In this document: one piece after another, positions 1 through 9,237 of the stretch
Layout of the letters: every line of letters starts with the position of its first letter
Position numbering within the stretch: the stretch's first letter is position 1
NCBI GenBank assembly: GCA_038213805.1
Contig: JBBQSO010000014.1
Location: 16,607 to 80,606 of the forward strand
Source of the DNA: Planctomycetota bacterium
GTDB taxonomy: Bacteria; Planctomycetota; UBA11346
Direction: 5' to 3'
Length of the DNA: 64,000 bases
Translations under genes and position numbers: made by a program
The notes under the pieces: model-generated
Database searches by the model: none
What the model was told of the DNA's origin: nothing
What the model saw: the letters and a program-made list of their open reading frames with translations, nothing else

Positions 1-610
1 TCAGGCGGCTGCCGCGCTGACCGACCGGGTCCTCGACCTCGCGCTCGCCGCTGCGGTCGCGCACCGTCCATTGCACCGGGATGGCCTCGACCAGCTCGTG
101 GTCGGCGCCGGTCGCCTGGTCGCGCGCGCGCTTGAGCGCCCACGCCGCCTCGTTGGCGGAGAGCACGACCTCGTCACCCGGATCGGCCCAGCCGATGGCC
201 AGGCGCGAGGTGATGCTGGGGTCGGACATCGACAGGTAGACGGAGAAGGCCTCGACCCCGGCGCTGTCGCTGGCCAGGCGCACCACGTCGGCGAGCGCCT
301 CGCGCTTGCCCGACTCGCTGAGTTCGGCCCACACGCAGTCGATCGACTTGTGCGCGACCACCTTGTCGCCGTGCTCGGGGTGCAGCGCGGCGACCGTCGC
401 GGAGACGCGCTGGCTGGCGATCAGGACGATGACGACGACATTTTCGGGGGCGATGGGCATGATGGCTGGCCGTCGTGCAGTGATACGCGGCGCACGCGGC
501 GCGCCACCGGCGAAGGCCAGGCGCGCCAGCGCCGCGCGCCAGCGGCCGGGGTGGGGCAGGGCCGCGGCGGCGCGACCGCTGTCGCTGCTCCAGGCTTCAT
601 CGTTCCTCAT
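1..610 (-). CDS. ftsA: Divergent FtsA-like cell division protein, 5' part (runs off the window edge; not in the ORF track)
   Basis: Manual translation from ATG 610 (GGAG 6 nt upstream; alternative ATG 460): ...MPIAPENVVVIVLIASQRVSATVA...SAGVEAFSVYLSMS...DHELVEAIPVQWTVRDRSGEREVEDPVGQRGSRL. The last segment fits the FtsA 1C subdomain pattern (IP..F.vD...i.dPvG..G.rL), and the gene lies directly after ftsQ. Confidence 0.75.
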   Translation of the reverse strand, partial: MRNDEAWSSDSGRAAAALPHPGRWRAALARLAFAGGAPRAPRITARRPAIMPIAPENVVVIVLIASQRVSATVAALHPEHGDKVVAHKSIDCVWAELSESGKREALADVVRLASDSAGVEAFSVYLSMSDPSITSRLAIGWADPGDEVVLSANEAAWALKRARDQATGADHELVEAIPVQWTVRDRSGEREVEDPVGQRGSRL

Positions 611-662
611 GGTAGGCTCCGGGCGTCTAAGGTCATTACGGTGCGGGCGGCAGGCGGGCGGC

Positions 663-1868
663 TCAGCGCCCGTCGCGCATCACCAGGAAGGGTTGGCGGA
701 AGCGCACGTTGATCAACGCGACGCGGCCCAGGTCGCCCTGGCAGCGGATGGCGTGCACCAGGTCGCGCACCTTGTCGTCGGGCTTGACGCCAAAGCGCTC
801 CTCGGCGGGGTTGCCCCACACCAGGCGGCTGCCCTGGCGGGTGTAGAGCACGATGCCGCGGCTGCTGCCCTTGGCGTCGAGGACGTCGGCGAGGTGGATG
901 TCGGTGACCAAGCCGGGCTCGATCTGCGGTTCGAGCCGCGCCCACAGGTCGAGGGCGGCGCGCGCCGCAGCCAGGCCACCCTGCTCGAGCGCGCGCACCA
1001 GCGGGCGGCGTACCGTCGGGCCGGGCAGGATTCCGGGCAGGACGCGCGCTTCGGCGTCGAGCCAGGCGCGCTCGCCGCTGGCCAGCACCACCGGCATGAC
1101 CGGCTGGCGCAGGCCAAGCTCGAGTGCCAGGGTCCGGCGCACGCGATCGGGCGCGCCCGGTAGCGGCTCGTGCACCACCACCACCTGGCGGACCTCACCG
1201 ATCGCCGGCAGCACGCGCAGCCACGCCGCGAGCTTGTCCAGCACCCACGGCTGCGGCTCGCCGAGCTTGTCGCGGTAGGGGAAGGCGCGCAGCCAGCCGA
1301 TGACCTCGGCCTGGGCCAGGCGCGGGCCGGGCAGGAAATCGACGCGCACGTTGCTGACCGGGATGGGATCCGGGATCTGGCTGCCGGCATAGAAGCTGAA
1401 CAGCACCAGCACGGTGATCACCGCGGCGGCGGCCACGCCCCACGGACCGGCGCGGCGCATGCCCGATTGCACCTGCTGCGCGCCGTCGAGGCCGGCGTGG
1501 ATGCCGCGCGTGAGCGCGCCCTTGTCAGCGGGCATGGCGTCATCCTCCTGGTCGACGGCGTTGAACACCCCGGCACGCGCCGCGCCCTTGAGCGGCTTGC
1601 GGCGCGGCTTGCGCTTCTCAATGGCGCGGCTGCCGGCCTCGCCATCGACCAGGTAGCCCTCGGGCGGGGTCTCCTCGTGCGCTGCGAGGGCGTCGAGGGC
1701 TTCCGACGAGGGGTTGCGCGCGCGGCGGCCGCGGCGCTTGCGGTCGGCGGCGGCGATGATCCCGGCGCCGTCATCGGCACCGTCGTCGGCGGGCGGTGCG
1801 GGCGCACCGCGGCGCCGCGCCGGCGGCAGCGGGTCGAGGGCGGCGAGCAGGTCGTCGTGGTCGCTCAT
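663..1868 (-). CDS. ftsQ: FtsQ/DivIB-like cell division protein with a long disordered N-terminus
   Basis: Sits between ddl and ftsA. About 140 aa charged, low-complexity N-terminus, one TM helix (WGVAAAAVITVLVLFSFY), POTRA-like segment, LDAEARVLP and LYTRQGSRLVWG motifs. Confidence 0.75.
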   Translation of the reverse strand: MSDHDDLLAALDPLPPARRRGAPAPPADDGADDGAGIIAAADRKRRGRRARNPSSEALDALAAHEETPPEGYLVDGEAGSRAIEKRKPRRKPLKGAARAGVFNAVDQEDDAMPADKGALTRGIHAGLDGAQQVQSGMRRAGPWGVAAAAVITVLVLFSFYAGSQIPDPIPVSNVRVDFLPGPRLAQAEVIGWLRAFPYRDKLGEPQPWVLDKLAAWLRVLPAIGEVRQVVVVHEPLPGAPDRVRRTLALELGLRQPVMPVVLASGERAWLDAEARVLPGILPGPTVRRPLVRALEQGGLAAARAALDLWARLEPQIEPGLVTDIHLADVLDAKGSSRGIVLYTRQGSRLVWGNPAEERFGVKPDDKVRDLVHAIRCQGDLGRVALINVRFRQPFLVMRDGR

Positions 1869-2800
1869 GCGTGTTCCTTGGCGCGGGAGCGCGCGGCGGC
1901 GCGGGCCACCAGACGCTCGGCGAGCTCGCCGAAGCCGATGCCGGCGGCGGCGGCGGCCTTGGGCGTCAGGCTCTGGTCGGTGAAGCCGGGCAGGGTGTTG
2001 AGCTCAAGCACCGCGATGCCGCCGTCGGCGCAGCGCATCAGATCGGTGCGCGACAGGTCGCGACAGCCGCAGGCGCGATGCGCGGCCACCGCGAGCGCGG
2101 CGAGCTCGCTGGCCAGGGCGGGATCGGCGACCGGCACCTCCTGGGTGTCGGCGCGCTGGTACTTGGCCTCGAAATCGAAGATCCCCGACGCCGCGCGGAT
2201 GGTCAGCGGCGGCAGCGCCCGCGGCCCCGCGTCCTCGTCGATCACCGCGACCGTGTACTCGGGGCCCGGCAGGCGTTCCTCGAGCAGGTAGGGGATGGGC
2301 CCCGACTCGCGCAGGATCTCTTCGACCGCGGGCAGCAGGAAGCCTGGATTGGCGATCATCTTCAAGCCCACGGAGCTGCCATCGTTCGCCGGCTTCAGCA
2401 CCAGCCCGGCGTGGTGCGGGATGCGCAGGTCACGCGGCGAGAATGGGCGCGTGAGGTCGAGCTTCACCCCCCACGGCACGCGGATGCCGGCCTGCTCCAG
2501 ACGCTTCTTGGCAGCGTCCTTGTCCATGCACAACGCGCTGGCGGCGGCGTCGCTGCCGACGTAGGCGCGGCCGAGCGCCTCAAGCTCGCGCTGCAGCGTG
2601 CCGTCCTCGCCATAGGTGCCGTGCACGATATTGAAGACCACCGACCCCTGCCGCAGCTGACCGGCATCGAGGCGGCCGGCGAGGTCGATGACCAGCACGT
2701 CGAAGCCGCGCGCGCGCAGCGCCGCCGCGATCGCGGTGCCGGAGCGGCGGCTGATCTGGGCCTCGTGCCCCGGCCCACCCATGACCACATCGACGATCAT
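1865..2800 (-). CDS. ddl: D-alanine--D-alanine ligase
   Basis: GGPGHEAQISRRSG, HGTYGEDG, KPANDGSSVG, DFEAKY and LELNTLPGFT motifs. Confidence 0.96.
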   Translation of the reverse strand: MIVDVVMGGPGHEAQISRRSGTAIAAALRARGFDVLVIDLAGRLDAGQLRQGSVVFNIVHGTYGEDGTLQRELEALGRAYVGSDAAASALCMDKDAAKKRLEQAGIRVPWGVKLDLTRPFSPRDLRIPHHAGLVLKPANDGSSVGLKMIANPGFLLPAVEEILRESGPIPYLLEERLPGPEYTVAVIDEDAGPRALPPLTIRAASGIFDFEAKYQRADTQEVPVADPALASELAALAVAAHRACGCRDLSRTDLMRCADGGIAVLELNTLPGFTDQSLTPKAAAAAGIGFGELAERLVARAAARSRAKEHA

Positions 2801-3738
2801 GCCACCACCTCGCTGAGCTGTTCCGGATGGACGTGCAGTTCCGTCGGGCAGGCCCAGGTCTCGATCTCCATCTCCAGCACCACACCGCGCTCACGCCAGG
2901 CGCGACCGCGGATGAGCCGCACCAGCGCGGCGACGTCGGCGGCGCTGGCGTCGCGGCCCGGGTTGACGATGAAGTTGGCGTGCACCGCACTGACCTCGGC
3001 GCCGCCGTGGCGCGCGCCCTTCAGGCCGAGCTCGTCGATCAGGCGGCCCGCGGGCAGGCCCGGCGCCGGATTCTTGAACACGCAGCCGGCGCTGGGTTGG
3101 GCGAGCGGCTGGCTGGTGGCCTTGGCCTTCTTCAGCGTCGCCGCCTGGGCACGCAGACGTTCGGGATCGCCTGCGGCCAACTCCATTTCGCAGCCCAGGA
3201 AGAGCGTGCCGGGCGGCAGCCCGCAGGAGCGGTAGGCGGCGGCGAGCGCCGCGCGCTCCAGCCAGCGCGGCGCGTCCTCGCCGGGCAGCACCACTTCGAC
3301 GCGCGTGACCCAGTCCATGGTCCAGCAGGTGCTGGTGCCGGCATTCATGCGCAGCGCGCCGCCCACCGTGGCCGGTACACCGGCGAGGCCCTCGGGGCCG
3401 GCCAGGCCGGCCTTGATGCAGGCGCTGATCAGTTCGGCGAGGTCGACGGCCGCACCGCACTGGACGGTGGCGCGGCCGGCGCGCAGTGGGCCGAGCACGC
3501 AGCTGGCGAAGGCGCCGCCTAGACGCACCACCGCCTCGGGCACGCCGTCGTCGCCGACCAGCAGGTTGGCGCCCTTGCCCAGCCAGCGGTGCGGCTGAGC
3601 GAGCAGCTCGGGCAGATCGGCGCGGTCGGCGAGCGTGACCAGGGTGGCGGGGCCACCGATGCGCATGGTCGTGCACTGCGCGAGCGCGGTGGTGGCGACC
3701 GGGTTGCGCGCGAGGAAGCCGGGAGTGAAGCGCATCAT
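2797..3738 (-). CDS. murB: UDP-N-acetylenolpyruvoylglucosamine reductase
   Basis: TTMRIGGPA, LGKGANLLV, GGALRMNAG, SAGCVFKNP and HANFIVN motifs. ATG 3738 overlaps the murC stop. Confidence 0.96.
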   Translation of the reverse strand: MMRFTPGFLARNPVATTALAQCTTMRIGGPATLVTLADRADLPELLAQPHRWLGKGANLLVGDDGVPEAVVRLGGAFASCVLGPLRAGRATVQCGAAVDLAELISACIKAGLAGPEGLAGVPATVGGALRMNAGTSTCWTMDWVTRVEVVLPGEDAPRWLERAALAAAYRSCGLPPGTLFLGCEMELAAGDPERLRAQAATLKKAKATSQPLAQPSAGCVFKNPAPGLPAGRLIDELGLKGARHGGAEVSAVHANFIVNPGRDASAADVAALVRLIRGRAWRERGVVLEMEIETWACPTELHVHPEQLSEVVA

Positions 3739-5207
3739 GCCCTCACCTGCTCGCGCTGCTGGGGCGGATACGCATCGGGCTGATGCGCGTCGCACGGGTC
3801 GCCGGCGTGCGGGCCATGCTGATCATGGCCCGGCGCGAAAAAATCGAGGAGCGGCCCTGCAAGCTCTCCGACGTCGCCCGCGCCCAGCACCAGCACGGTG
3901 TCACCTTCGCGCGCATGCGCGGCGACCGCGGCGATGGCCTGCTGGCCGTCGGCCGCAAAGGCGACGGTTTCGGCGGCGAAGCCGGCGCGGCGCGCCGCAA
4001 TGGCCTCGGCCAGGGTGCGGCCGTCCACACCGGGGATGGGTGCCTCGCTGGCGGCGTAGATGGGAAGGATGGCGAGGGCATGCACCTGGTCGAAGGCGGC
4101 GGTGAAGTCGGCGAAGCAGGCGGCGGTGCGGGTGTAGCGGTGCGGCTGGAAGATGACGTGCACGCGACCGCCGCCCAGGCGCGCCGCGGCGATGGTGGCG
4201 CGCACCTCGGCGGGATGATGGCCGTAGTCCTCGACCACGCGGATGCCGCGCGGGCTGCCGTGCACGGTGAAGCGCCGGCGCACACGCTCACAGCGCGCCA
4301 GGGCGGACAGTGCGAGATCGGGCAGCACCTGGCGCGCCGCGGCGACCGCCATCAGCGCGTTGTGCAGCATGTGCGCGCCCGGCAGCGGCACGCTGATCCA
4401 GCCCAGGTCCTGGCCATGCGCGATGACGCGCGCGCGGCTGCCGTCGGCGCCCAGCTCGACCTCGGCGCTGTGATAATCGCCGGCGTCCAGCCCGCAGCGG
4501 ATCACCGGGCAGGCGAGCCCGGCGGTGACGCGCTCCGCCAGGCCGGTGGTCGGCACGATCGCCGCGCCCTGCGCGGGGATGCGCCCGAGCCAGCCGCGGA
4601 AGGCGTCCTCAAGCGCGGCGAAGCTGCCGTAGTGGTCGAGGTGCTCGCGATCGAGGTTGGTGACGATCGCCACGCTCGGCTCGACCTGGGCGAAGCTGCC
4701 GTCGCTCTCGTCGGTCTCGGCCACGAACAGGTCGCTGCGCCCGGCGCGCGCGCCGCCGCCGCCCAGCGCGCCGACCGCGCCGCCGACCATCACCACCGGG
4801 TCGAGGCCGGACTCGACCAGCAGATGGCCGAGCATCCAGGTGGTGGTGGTCTTGCCGTGGCTGCCGGCGACCGCCAAGGTGCGCGTCCCCGACATCAGCT
4901 TGACCAGGCATTCGCCGCGCGTCAGCACCGCCAGTCCGAGCGCGCGCGCTGCGACCAGTTCCGGATGGTCGACAGGCACCGCGGCGGTGTGCACGACGAT
5001 GTCCACGCCCGCGAGATGGGCCGGCGAGTGGCCGAGGTGCACGGCGATGCCACGCCGCGCCAGGCCCGCGGTGACCGCGCCGGCCTGGCCGTCGCAGCCC
5101 GAGACCAGCGCACCGACCTGGATGAGCAGCGGCGCGAGGGCGCTGACGCCGGCCCCACCGATGCCGATGAGGTGGACGTGGCGGTCGCGGAAGAAGCTGG
5201 TGATCAT
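3735..5207 (-). CDS. murC: UDP-N-acetylmuramate--L-alanine ligase
   Basis: HLIGIGGAGVS, GSHGKTTTT, ETDESDGSF, EDYGHHPAE and FQPHRYTRT motifs. ATG 5207 overlaps the murG stop. Confidence 0.96.
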   Translation of the reverse strand: MITSFFRDRHVHLIGIGGAGVSALAPLLIQVGALVSGCDGQAGAVTAGLARRGIAVHLGHSPAHLAGVDIVVHTAAVPVDHPELVAARALGLAVLTRGECLVKLMSGTRTLAVAGSHGKTTTTWMLGHLLVESGLDPVVMVGGAVGALGGGGARAGRSDLFVAETDESDGSFAQVEPSVAIVTNLDREHLDHYGSFAALEDAFRGWLGRIPAQGAAIVPTTGLAERVTAGLACPVIRCGLDAGDYHSAEVELGADGSRARVIAHGQDLGWISVPLPGAHMLHNALMAVAAARQVLPDLALSALARCERVRRRFTVHGSPRGIRVVEDYGHHPAEVRATIAAARLGGGRVHVIFQPHRYTRTAACFADFTAAFDQVHALAILPIYAASEAPIPGVDGRTLAEAIAARRAGFAAETVAFAADGQQAIAAVAAHAREGDTVLVLGAGDVGELAGPLLDFFAPGHDQHGPHAGDPCDAHQPDAYPPQQREQVRA

Positions 5208-6454
5208 GGCGTGGCCGGGGCCGCGGACAGGGCGGAGAGTTCGGCGGACGCATCGGCTTCCACCGCCAGCGCGGACGCGACCCTGCCCGGGGCCGAGCGC
5301 GCAGAGAGCGTCAGCGACGGCAGCAGTTGGGCGACGTGCGCGGTGCGTCCGGCGCTGCGCTGCGCGACGCCCGCGGCGCGCCGACGCTGCGGGCCGAGGC
5401 CCTCGACCAGCGCTGCGACCTCGGCGGCGGCCGTCGGCCGTGCCAGGCGCAGCGCGGCCACGCCCATGCGCGCGACCAGGTCGCGGCGCGCGGCTAGGCG
5501 CGCGAGCAGCGCGGCCAGCTCCAGCGGGGTGGTCGTGCCCTGGGGCAGCACCAGCGCGCCGCCGACGCGCGCGACGGCGCGCGCGTTGGCGGTCTGGTGG
5601 TCTTCGGCCGCCCACGGCAGTGGCACGTAGAGCGCGCCGATGCCGGCCGCGCACAGTTCGGCGACGGTGGTGGCGCCGGCGCGGGTGATGGCGAGGTCGA
5701 TGGTCGCGTAGAGGCCGGGCATGTCCTGGTAGAAGCCGTGCACCTCAGCGGCGACGCCGGCCGTGGCGTAGAGCGCGCGCACGCGCTCCTGGTCCTCGTC
5801 GCCGGCCAGGTGGACGACGCGCAGGCCGGGGATGGCGGCGAGTGTCGGCGCGGCCAGCGCGACCAGGTCGTTGAGGGTGCGCGCCGCCAGGCTGCCGCCG
5901 GCGACCAGCACGGTCAGGCCGGCGCCGCCGCCGCGCGGCAGCGGGGCGATGGCGCGCACCGGATTGCCGATTTGCACGACGCGCGCGCCCGGCAGCTCGC
6001 GGCGCGCCTCGGGGAACTGGGTGACGACGCGGTCGGCGAAGCGCGCTAGCAGGCGGTTGGTGCGGCCGGCGCGCGCGTTCTGTTCCATCACCACCAGCGG
6101 CCGGCCGAGCAGCGGCGCGAGCAGCCCCGGCACCAGCGCGGCGTAGCCGCCGAGCGCCACCACCGCGGCGGGCGGCCGCCGGCGCAGCTCACGCAGGCAC
6201 TGCCACGCCGCCCACGCGGAGGCGAGTAGCCAGCGCGGGCTGCTCAGACGCGGCCGCGACAAGCCCCAGGGCAGCAGCGCGATGCCCGCAGCGGGCACCA
6301 GCCGCGCCTCGATGCGCTGCGGATCGCCGATCCAGCGCAGCGTGCCCTGGCCACGAGCGCGCAGCGCGCTGGCCACGGCCAAGCCGGGCAGCACGTGGCC
6401 GCCGGTGCCGCCACCGCAGAAGAGGATGCCGTCAGCTTTCGGCATGGGTTTCAC
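5204..6454 (-). CDS. murG: Lipid II GlcNAc transferase with a C-terminal extension
   Basis: GGGTGGHVLPG, GGY, EQNARAGRTNR, GNPVR, GGSL, RAGATTVAE and DHQTANA motifs. Start GTG 6454 or ATG 6445. Confidence 0.96.
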   Translation of the reverse strand: MKPMPKADGILFCGGGTGGHVLPGLAVASALRARGQGTLRWIGDPQRIEARLVPAAGIALLPWGLSRPRLSSPRWLLASAWAAWQCLRELRRRPPAAVVALGGYAALVPGLLAPLLGRPLVVMEQNARAGRTNRLLARFADRVVTQFPEARRELPGARVVQIGNPVRAIAPLPRGGGAGLTVLVAGGSLAARTLNDLVALAAPTLAAIPGLRVVHLAGDEDQERVRALYATAGVAAEVHGFYQDMPGLYATIDLAITRAGATTVAELCAAGIGALYVPLPWAAEDHQTANARAVARVGGALVLPQGTTTPLELAALLARLAARRDLVARMGVAALRLARPTAAAEVAALVEGLGPQRRRAAGVAQRSAGRTAHVAQLLPSLTLSARSAPGRVASALAVEADASAELSALSAAPATP

Positions 6455-6663
6455 GCATGGGGCACATCGCGCAGCTCACGGCGCGCGCCGCGCTGCATGA
6501 CGCGCAGGCGGGTGACGACCGAACGCAGGCGCTCGCGCGTGCGCTCGGCGAGGTCGAGGCTCAGCACCACCCCTTCACCGGCCAGCAGCACGGGCAGCAC
6601 CGCGCCGGCTGCAGTGGCGGAGGCGAGCGGATCGCGGCGGCGCACCGCGTGATTGAGCTTCAT
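6451..6663 (-). CDS. Small hypothetical protein (70 aa) between ftsW and murG
   Basis: MKLNHAVRRRDPLAS...RELRDVPHA. Strong GGAGG Shine-Dalgarno sequence; the ATG overlaps the ftsW stop (ATGA) and its stop overlaps the murG GTG (GTGA). Confidence 0.65.
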   Translation of the reverse strand: MKLNHAVRRRDPLASATAAGAVLPVLLAGEGVVLSLDLAERTRERLRSVVTRLRVMQRGARRELRDVPHA

Positions 6664-7853
6664 GAGGCACCTCCTTCGTTCCAACGCCAGGCCTTTTCGC
6701 TGCGCACCGCTGCGCCGATGCGCGTGGTGGTGAGATTGCGCTTCGCCGCCAGCACGTTCGCGGCGGCGACCGCGTCGAGCACGCCGATCAGGCACAGGCA
6801 CACCACCACGCTTGAGCCGCCATAGCTGATCAAGGGCAGGGTCAGGCCCTTGGTCGGCACCGCGCCGGTGACCACCAGCATGTTCCAGAACGCCTGGGTG
6901 CCGAGCACCACCGTCGCGCCGACCGCGAGCAGGCGCAGGTAGCGGTCCTTGGCCTGGGCGGCGATGAGCAGGCCGGTGACCACCAGCAGCAGGTAGACGC
7001 CGGCCACCGCCAAGCCGCCGACCAGACCGAGCTCTTCGCAGATCACCGCGAAGATGAAGTCGGTGTGCTTTTCGGGCAGGAACGAATACTTCGCGGTGCT
7101 CTGGCCGAGGCCGACGCCGAACAGCCCGCCGCTGCCGATGGCGATGAAGCTCTGGCGCAGATGGTAGGCGGCGGGGCCTTCGGCGTTCCACGGATCGAGG
7201 AAGGCGAGCAGGCGGTCGCGGCGGTACGAGACCTGGATGACGGTGACATAGAGCAGCGCCGGCACGCACGGCACCGACACGCCGAGCAGATACCACCACG
7301 GCGCGCCAGCGAACAGCAGCATCGCGCCCAGCACCACCGCCATCACCACCACCGAGCCGAGGTCCTTGGTCATGTACACCAGGCCGGCAACGATGGCGAA
7401 GCCGGCGAGCGGCAGCAGCACGCCGTACCAGTTCGAGCGCACGCGCTCAGCGACGCGCGACAGGTGCCAAGCAGCGGCCACCACCAGCGCGAACTTGGCG
7501 AGTTCGGCGGGCTGCAGGTTGATGGGACCGAGGTCGATCCAGCGCTTGGCGCCGTTGATCTCGCGGCCGATCGCCAGCACGCCGACCAGCGCGCCGAGCG
7601 CGCCAAGCACCACTATCGCGATCAGCCAGCCCGAACGCAGGCGCTCCGCGCCCAGGCTGCTGATGACCATGGCCAGCACCGCGCCCACCGCCATGGCGAG
7701 CGCCTGCTTGACCAGGAAGGCGTAGGACACCGCGGCCTCGCGCCCGGCCGCGCCGATGCCCATGGTCGTGGTGCTGGCGATCATCACCAGGCCGAAGCAG
7801 GCGATCAGGGTGACCAGCAGCCAGAGTTGGAGACGCAGCCAGCGCGGGGTCAT
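6660..7853 (-). CDS. ftsW: SEDS peptidoglycan polymerase FtsW
   Basis: About 10 TM segments; NGAKRWI, QPAELAK, LPEKHTDFIFAVICEELG and PTKGLTLPLISYGGSS motifs. Confidence 0.96.
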   Translation of the reverse strand: MTPRWLRLQLWLLVTLIACFGLVMIASTTTMGIGAAGREAAVSYAFLVKQALAMAVGAVLAMVISSLGAERLRSGWLIAIVVLGALGALVGVLAIGREINGAKRWIDLGPINLQPAELAKFALVVAAAWHLSRVAERVRSNWYGVLLPLAGFAIVAGLVYMTKDLGSVVVMAVVLGAMLLFAGAPWWYLLGVSVPCVPALLYVTVIQVSYRRDRLLAFLDPWNAEGPAAYHLRQSFIAIGSGGLFGVGLGQSTAKYSFLPEKHTDFIFAVICEELGLVGGLAVAGVYLLLVVTGLLIAAQAKDRYLRLLAVGATVVLGTQAFWNMLVVTGAVPTKGLTLPLISYGGSSVVVCLCLIGVLDAVAAANVLAAKRNLTTTRIGAAVRSEKAWRWNEGGAS

Positions 7854-8023
7854 GGGCGGAAGTCCCGGGGACGCGAGGCGGAGGGCGGGTGGCGATGAGC
7901 GGATGCCGCTAAGCGGTCCGCGCTGAGCGCCGCACACGTCGGCAAGCGCGAGGCGCGAGGAGCGAGGCGCGAGGCCGTGCGCACCAGGTGCATGCCGTGG
8001 AAGGGGCGGGCGGTGGTGCTCAT
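7850..8023 (-). other. 57-codon ORF or spacer in the usual murD position, containing repeat motifs
   Basis: [27 protein letters not shown]...RDFRP with ATGA overlaps to both mraY and ftsW. Contains four copies of (C/A)GCGAGG (7947-7974) and a fragment of repeat family A (7857-7875). Confidence 0.4.
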
Positions 8024-9237
8024 CTGACCTTCAACGTGGCGAGAGCGGCCAGGGCGCCGAGCGCCGCGACGATCCAGAAGCGCAGCACGATCTTCGACTC
8101 GGGCCAGCCCTTGTATTGAAAGTGGTGGTGGATGGGCGCGCACAGGAACACCCGCTTGCCGCCGCGCAGGCGGTAGCTGGCGACCTGGATGGCCACCGAG
8201 GCGGCCTCGACCACGAACACCAGGCCGACCAGCAGGATGAGGAATTCCTGCTTGGTGTTGAGCGCGATCAGGCCGAACACCCCGCCCAGCGCCTGGCTGC
8301 CGGTATCGCCCATGAAGACCTCGGCGGGCGCCGAGTTGAACCACAGGAAGCCCAGGCACGCACCGGCGATGGCGGCGCAGTAGATGGCGACGTCCTGACC
8401 GCCGGAGATGTACAGCACCTTGAGGTAGTCGGCGCTGTCGACGCGGCTGGTCAGATAGGCGATGCCCATGAAGGCGAGCGCAGCGATCAGCATGGTGCCC
8501 GAGGCCAGGCCATCCATGCCGTCGGTGAAGTTCACGCCGTTGGCGCACGACACGCTGACGAAAACCACCCACAGCACCGAGCCCACGCCGAGGTTGACCG
8601 CCCACTCCACCGGCACGAACGGGAAGCTGAGCTGGTGCACGCCTAGGCGCACGGTGTAGCTGATGTCGTGGCCCTGCAGCTCGAAGTGCTTCTTGTACCA
8701 GTCGAGCGGGAAGCCCGCCGGGTGGTCGGCGCCGGTCAGCAGCAGGTCGGCGTTGTGCTGGTTGATGATGTAGAGCCCGATGCCGCACACCGCGGCGGCG
8801 AGCAGCTGGATGCCGAGCTTCACCGAGGACGGCGTGCCCTTGGCGCCCTTGAAGATCTTGGTGCGGTCGTCGAGGAAACCGACCAGCGCGAACGACAGCA
8901 GCCCGAACTGCAGCAGCCAGCTGCGCAACTCGAGCGGATCGCACCACAGCAGGCCGGTCACCGCGATGCACGCCACCAACCCCAGCCCACCCATGGTCGG
9001 CGTGCCCTTCTTGCCCTCGCGCATCGCGTCGACCACCACCGCGCCGTCGCCCTTCGCGCCGGACTCGCCGAACTTCTTGCGCTTCAGCCAGCGGATCAGC
9101 GGCGGCATCGCCACCAGCATGAGGATGAACGCGGTCAGCGCCGCCAGCACCACGCGCGTGGTGACATAGTCGAGCAGGCGCAGCGGGCCCCAGTAGATGC
9201 CCCAGTCGGCGAGCAGGTTGTTGAGGCGGCTCATCAT
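8020..9237 (-). CDS. mraY: Phospho-N-acetylmuramoyl-pentapeptide transferase
   Basis: [34 protein letters not shown] and APIHHHF motifs. Confidence 0.97.
   Translation of the reverse strand: MMSRLNNLLADWGIYWGPLRLLDYVTTRVVLAALTAFILMLVAMPPLIRWLKRKKFGESGAKGDGAVVVDAMREGKKGTPTMGGLGLVACIAVTGLLWCDPLELRSWLLQFGLLSFALVGFLDDRTKIFKGAKGTPSSVKLGIQLLAAAVCGIGLYIINQHNADLLLTGADHPAGFPLDWYKKHFELQGHDISYTVRLGVHQLSFPFVPVEWAVNLGVGSVLWVVFVSVSCANGVNFTDGMDGLASGTMLIAALAFMGIAYLTSRVDSADYLKVLYISGGQDVAIYCAAIAGACLGFLWFNSAPAEVFMGDTGSQALGGVFGLIALNTKQEFLILLVGLVFVVEAASVAIQVASYRLRGGKRVFLCAPIHHHFQYKGWPESKIVLRFWIVAALGALAALATLKVR

Noticed and set aside
1865..2800. Possible D-Ala-D-Lac ligase (glycopeptide resistance)
   Set aside because: The omega-loop Tyr (DFEAKY), Ser (GSSVG) and N-terminal Glu are of the D-Ala-D-Ala type, and there are no van genes.
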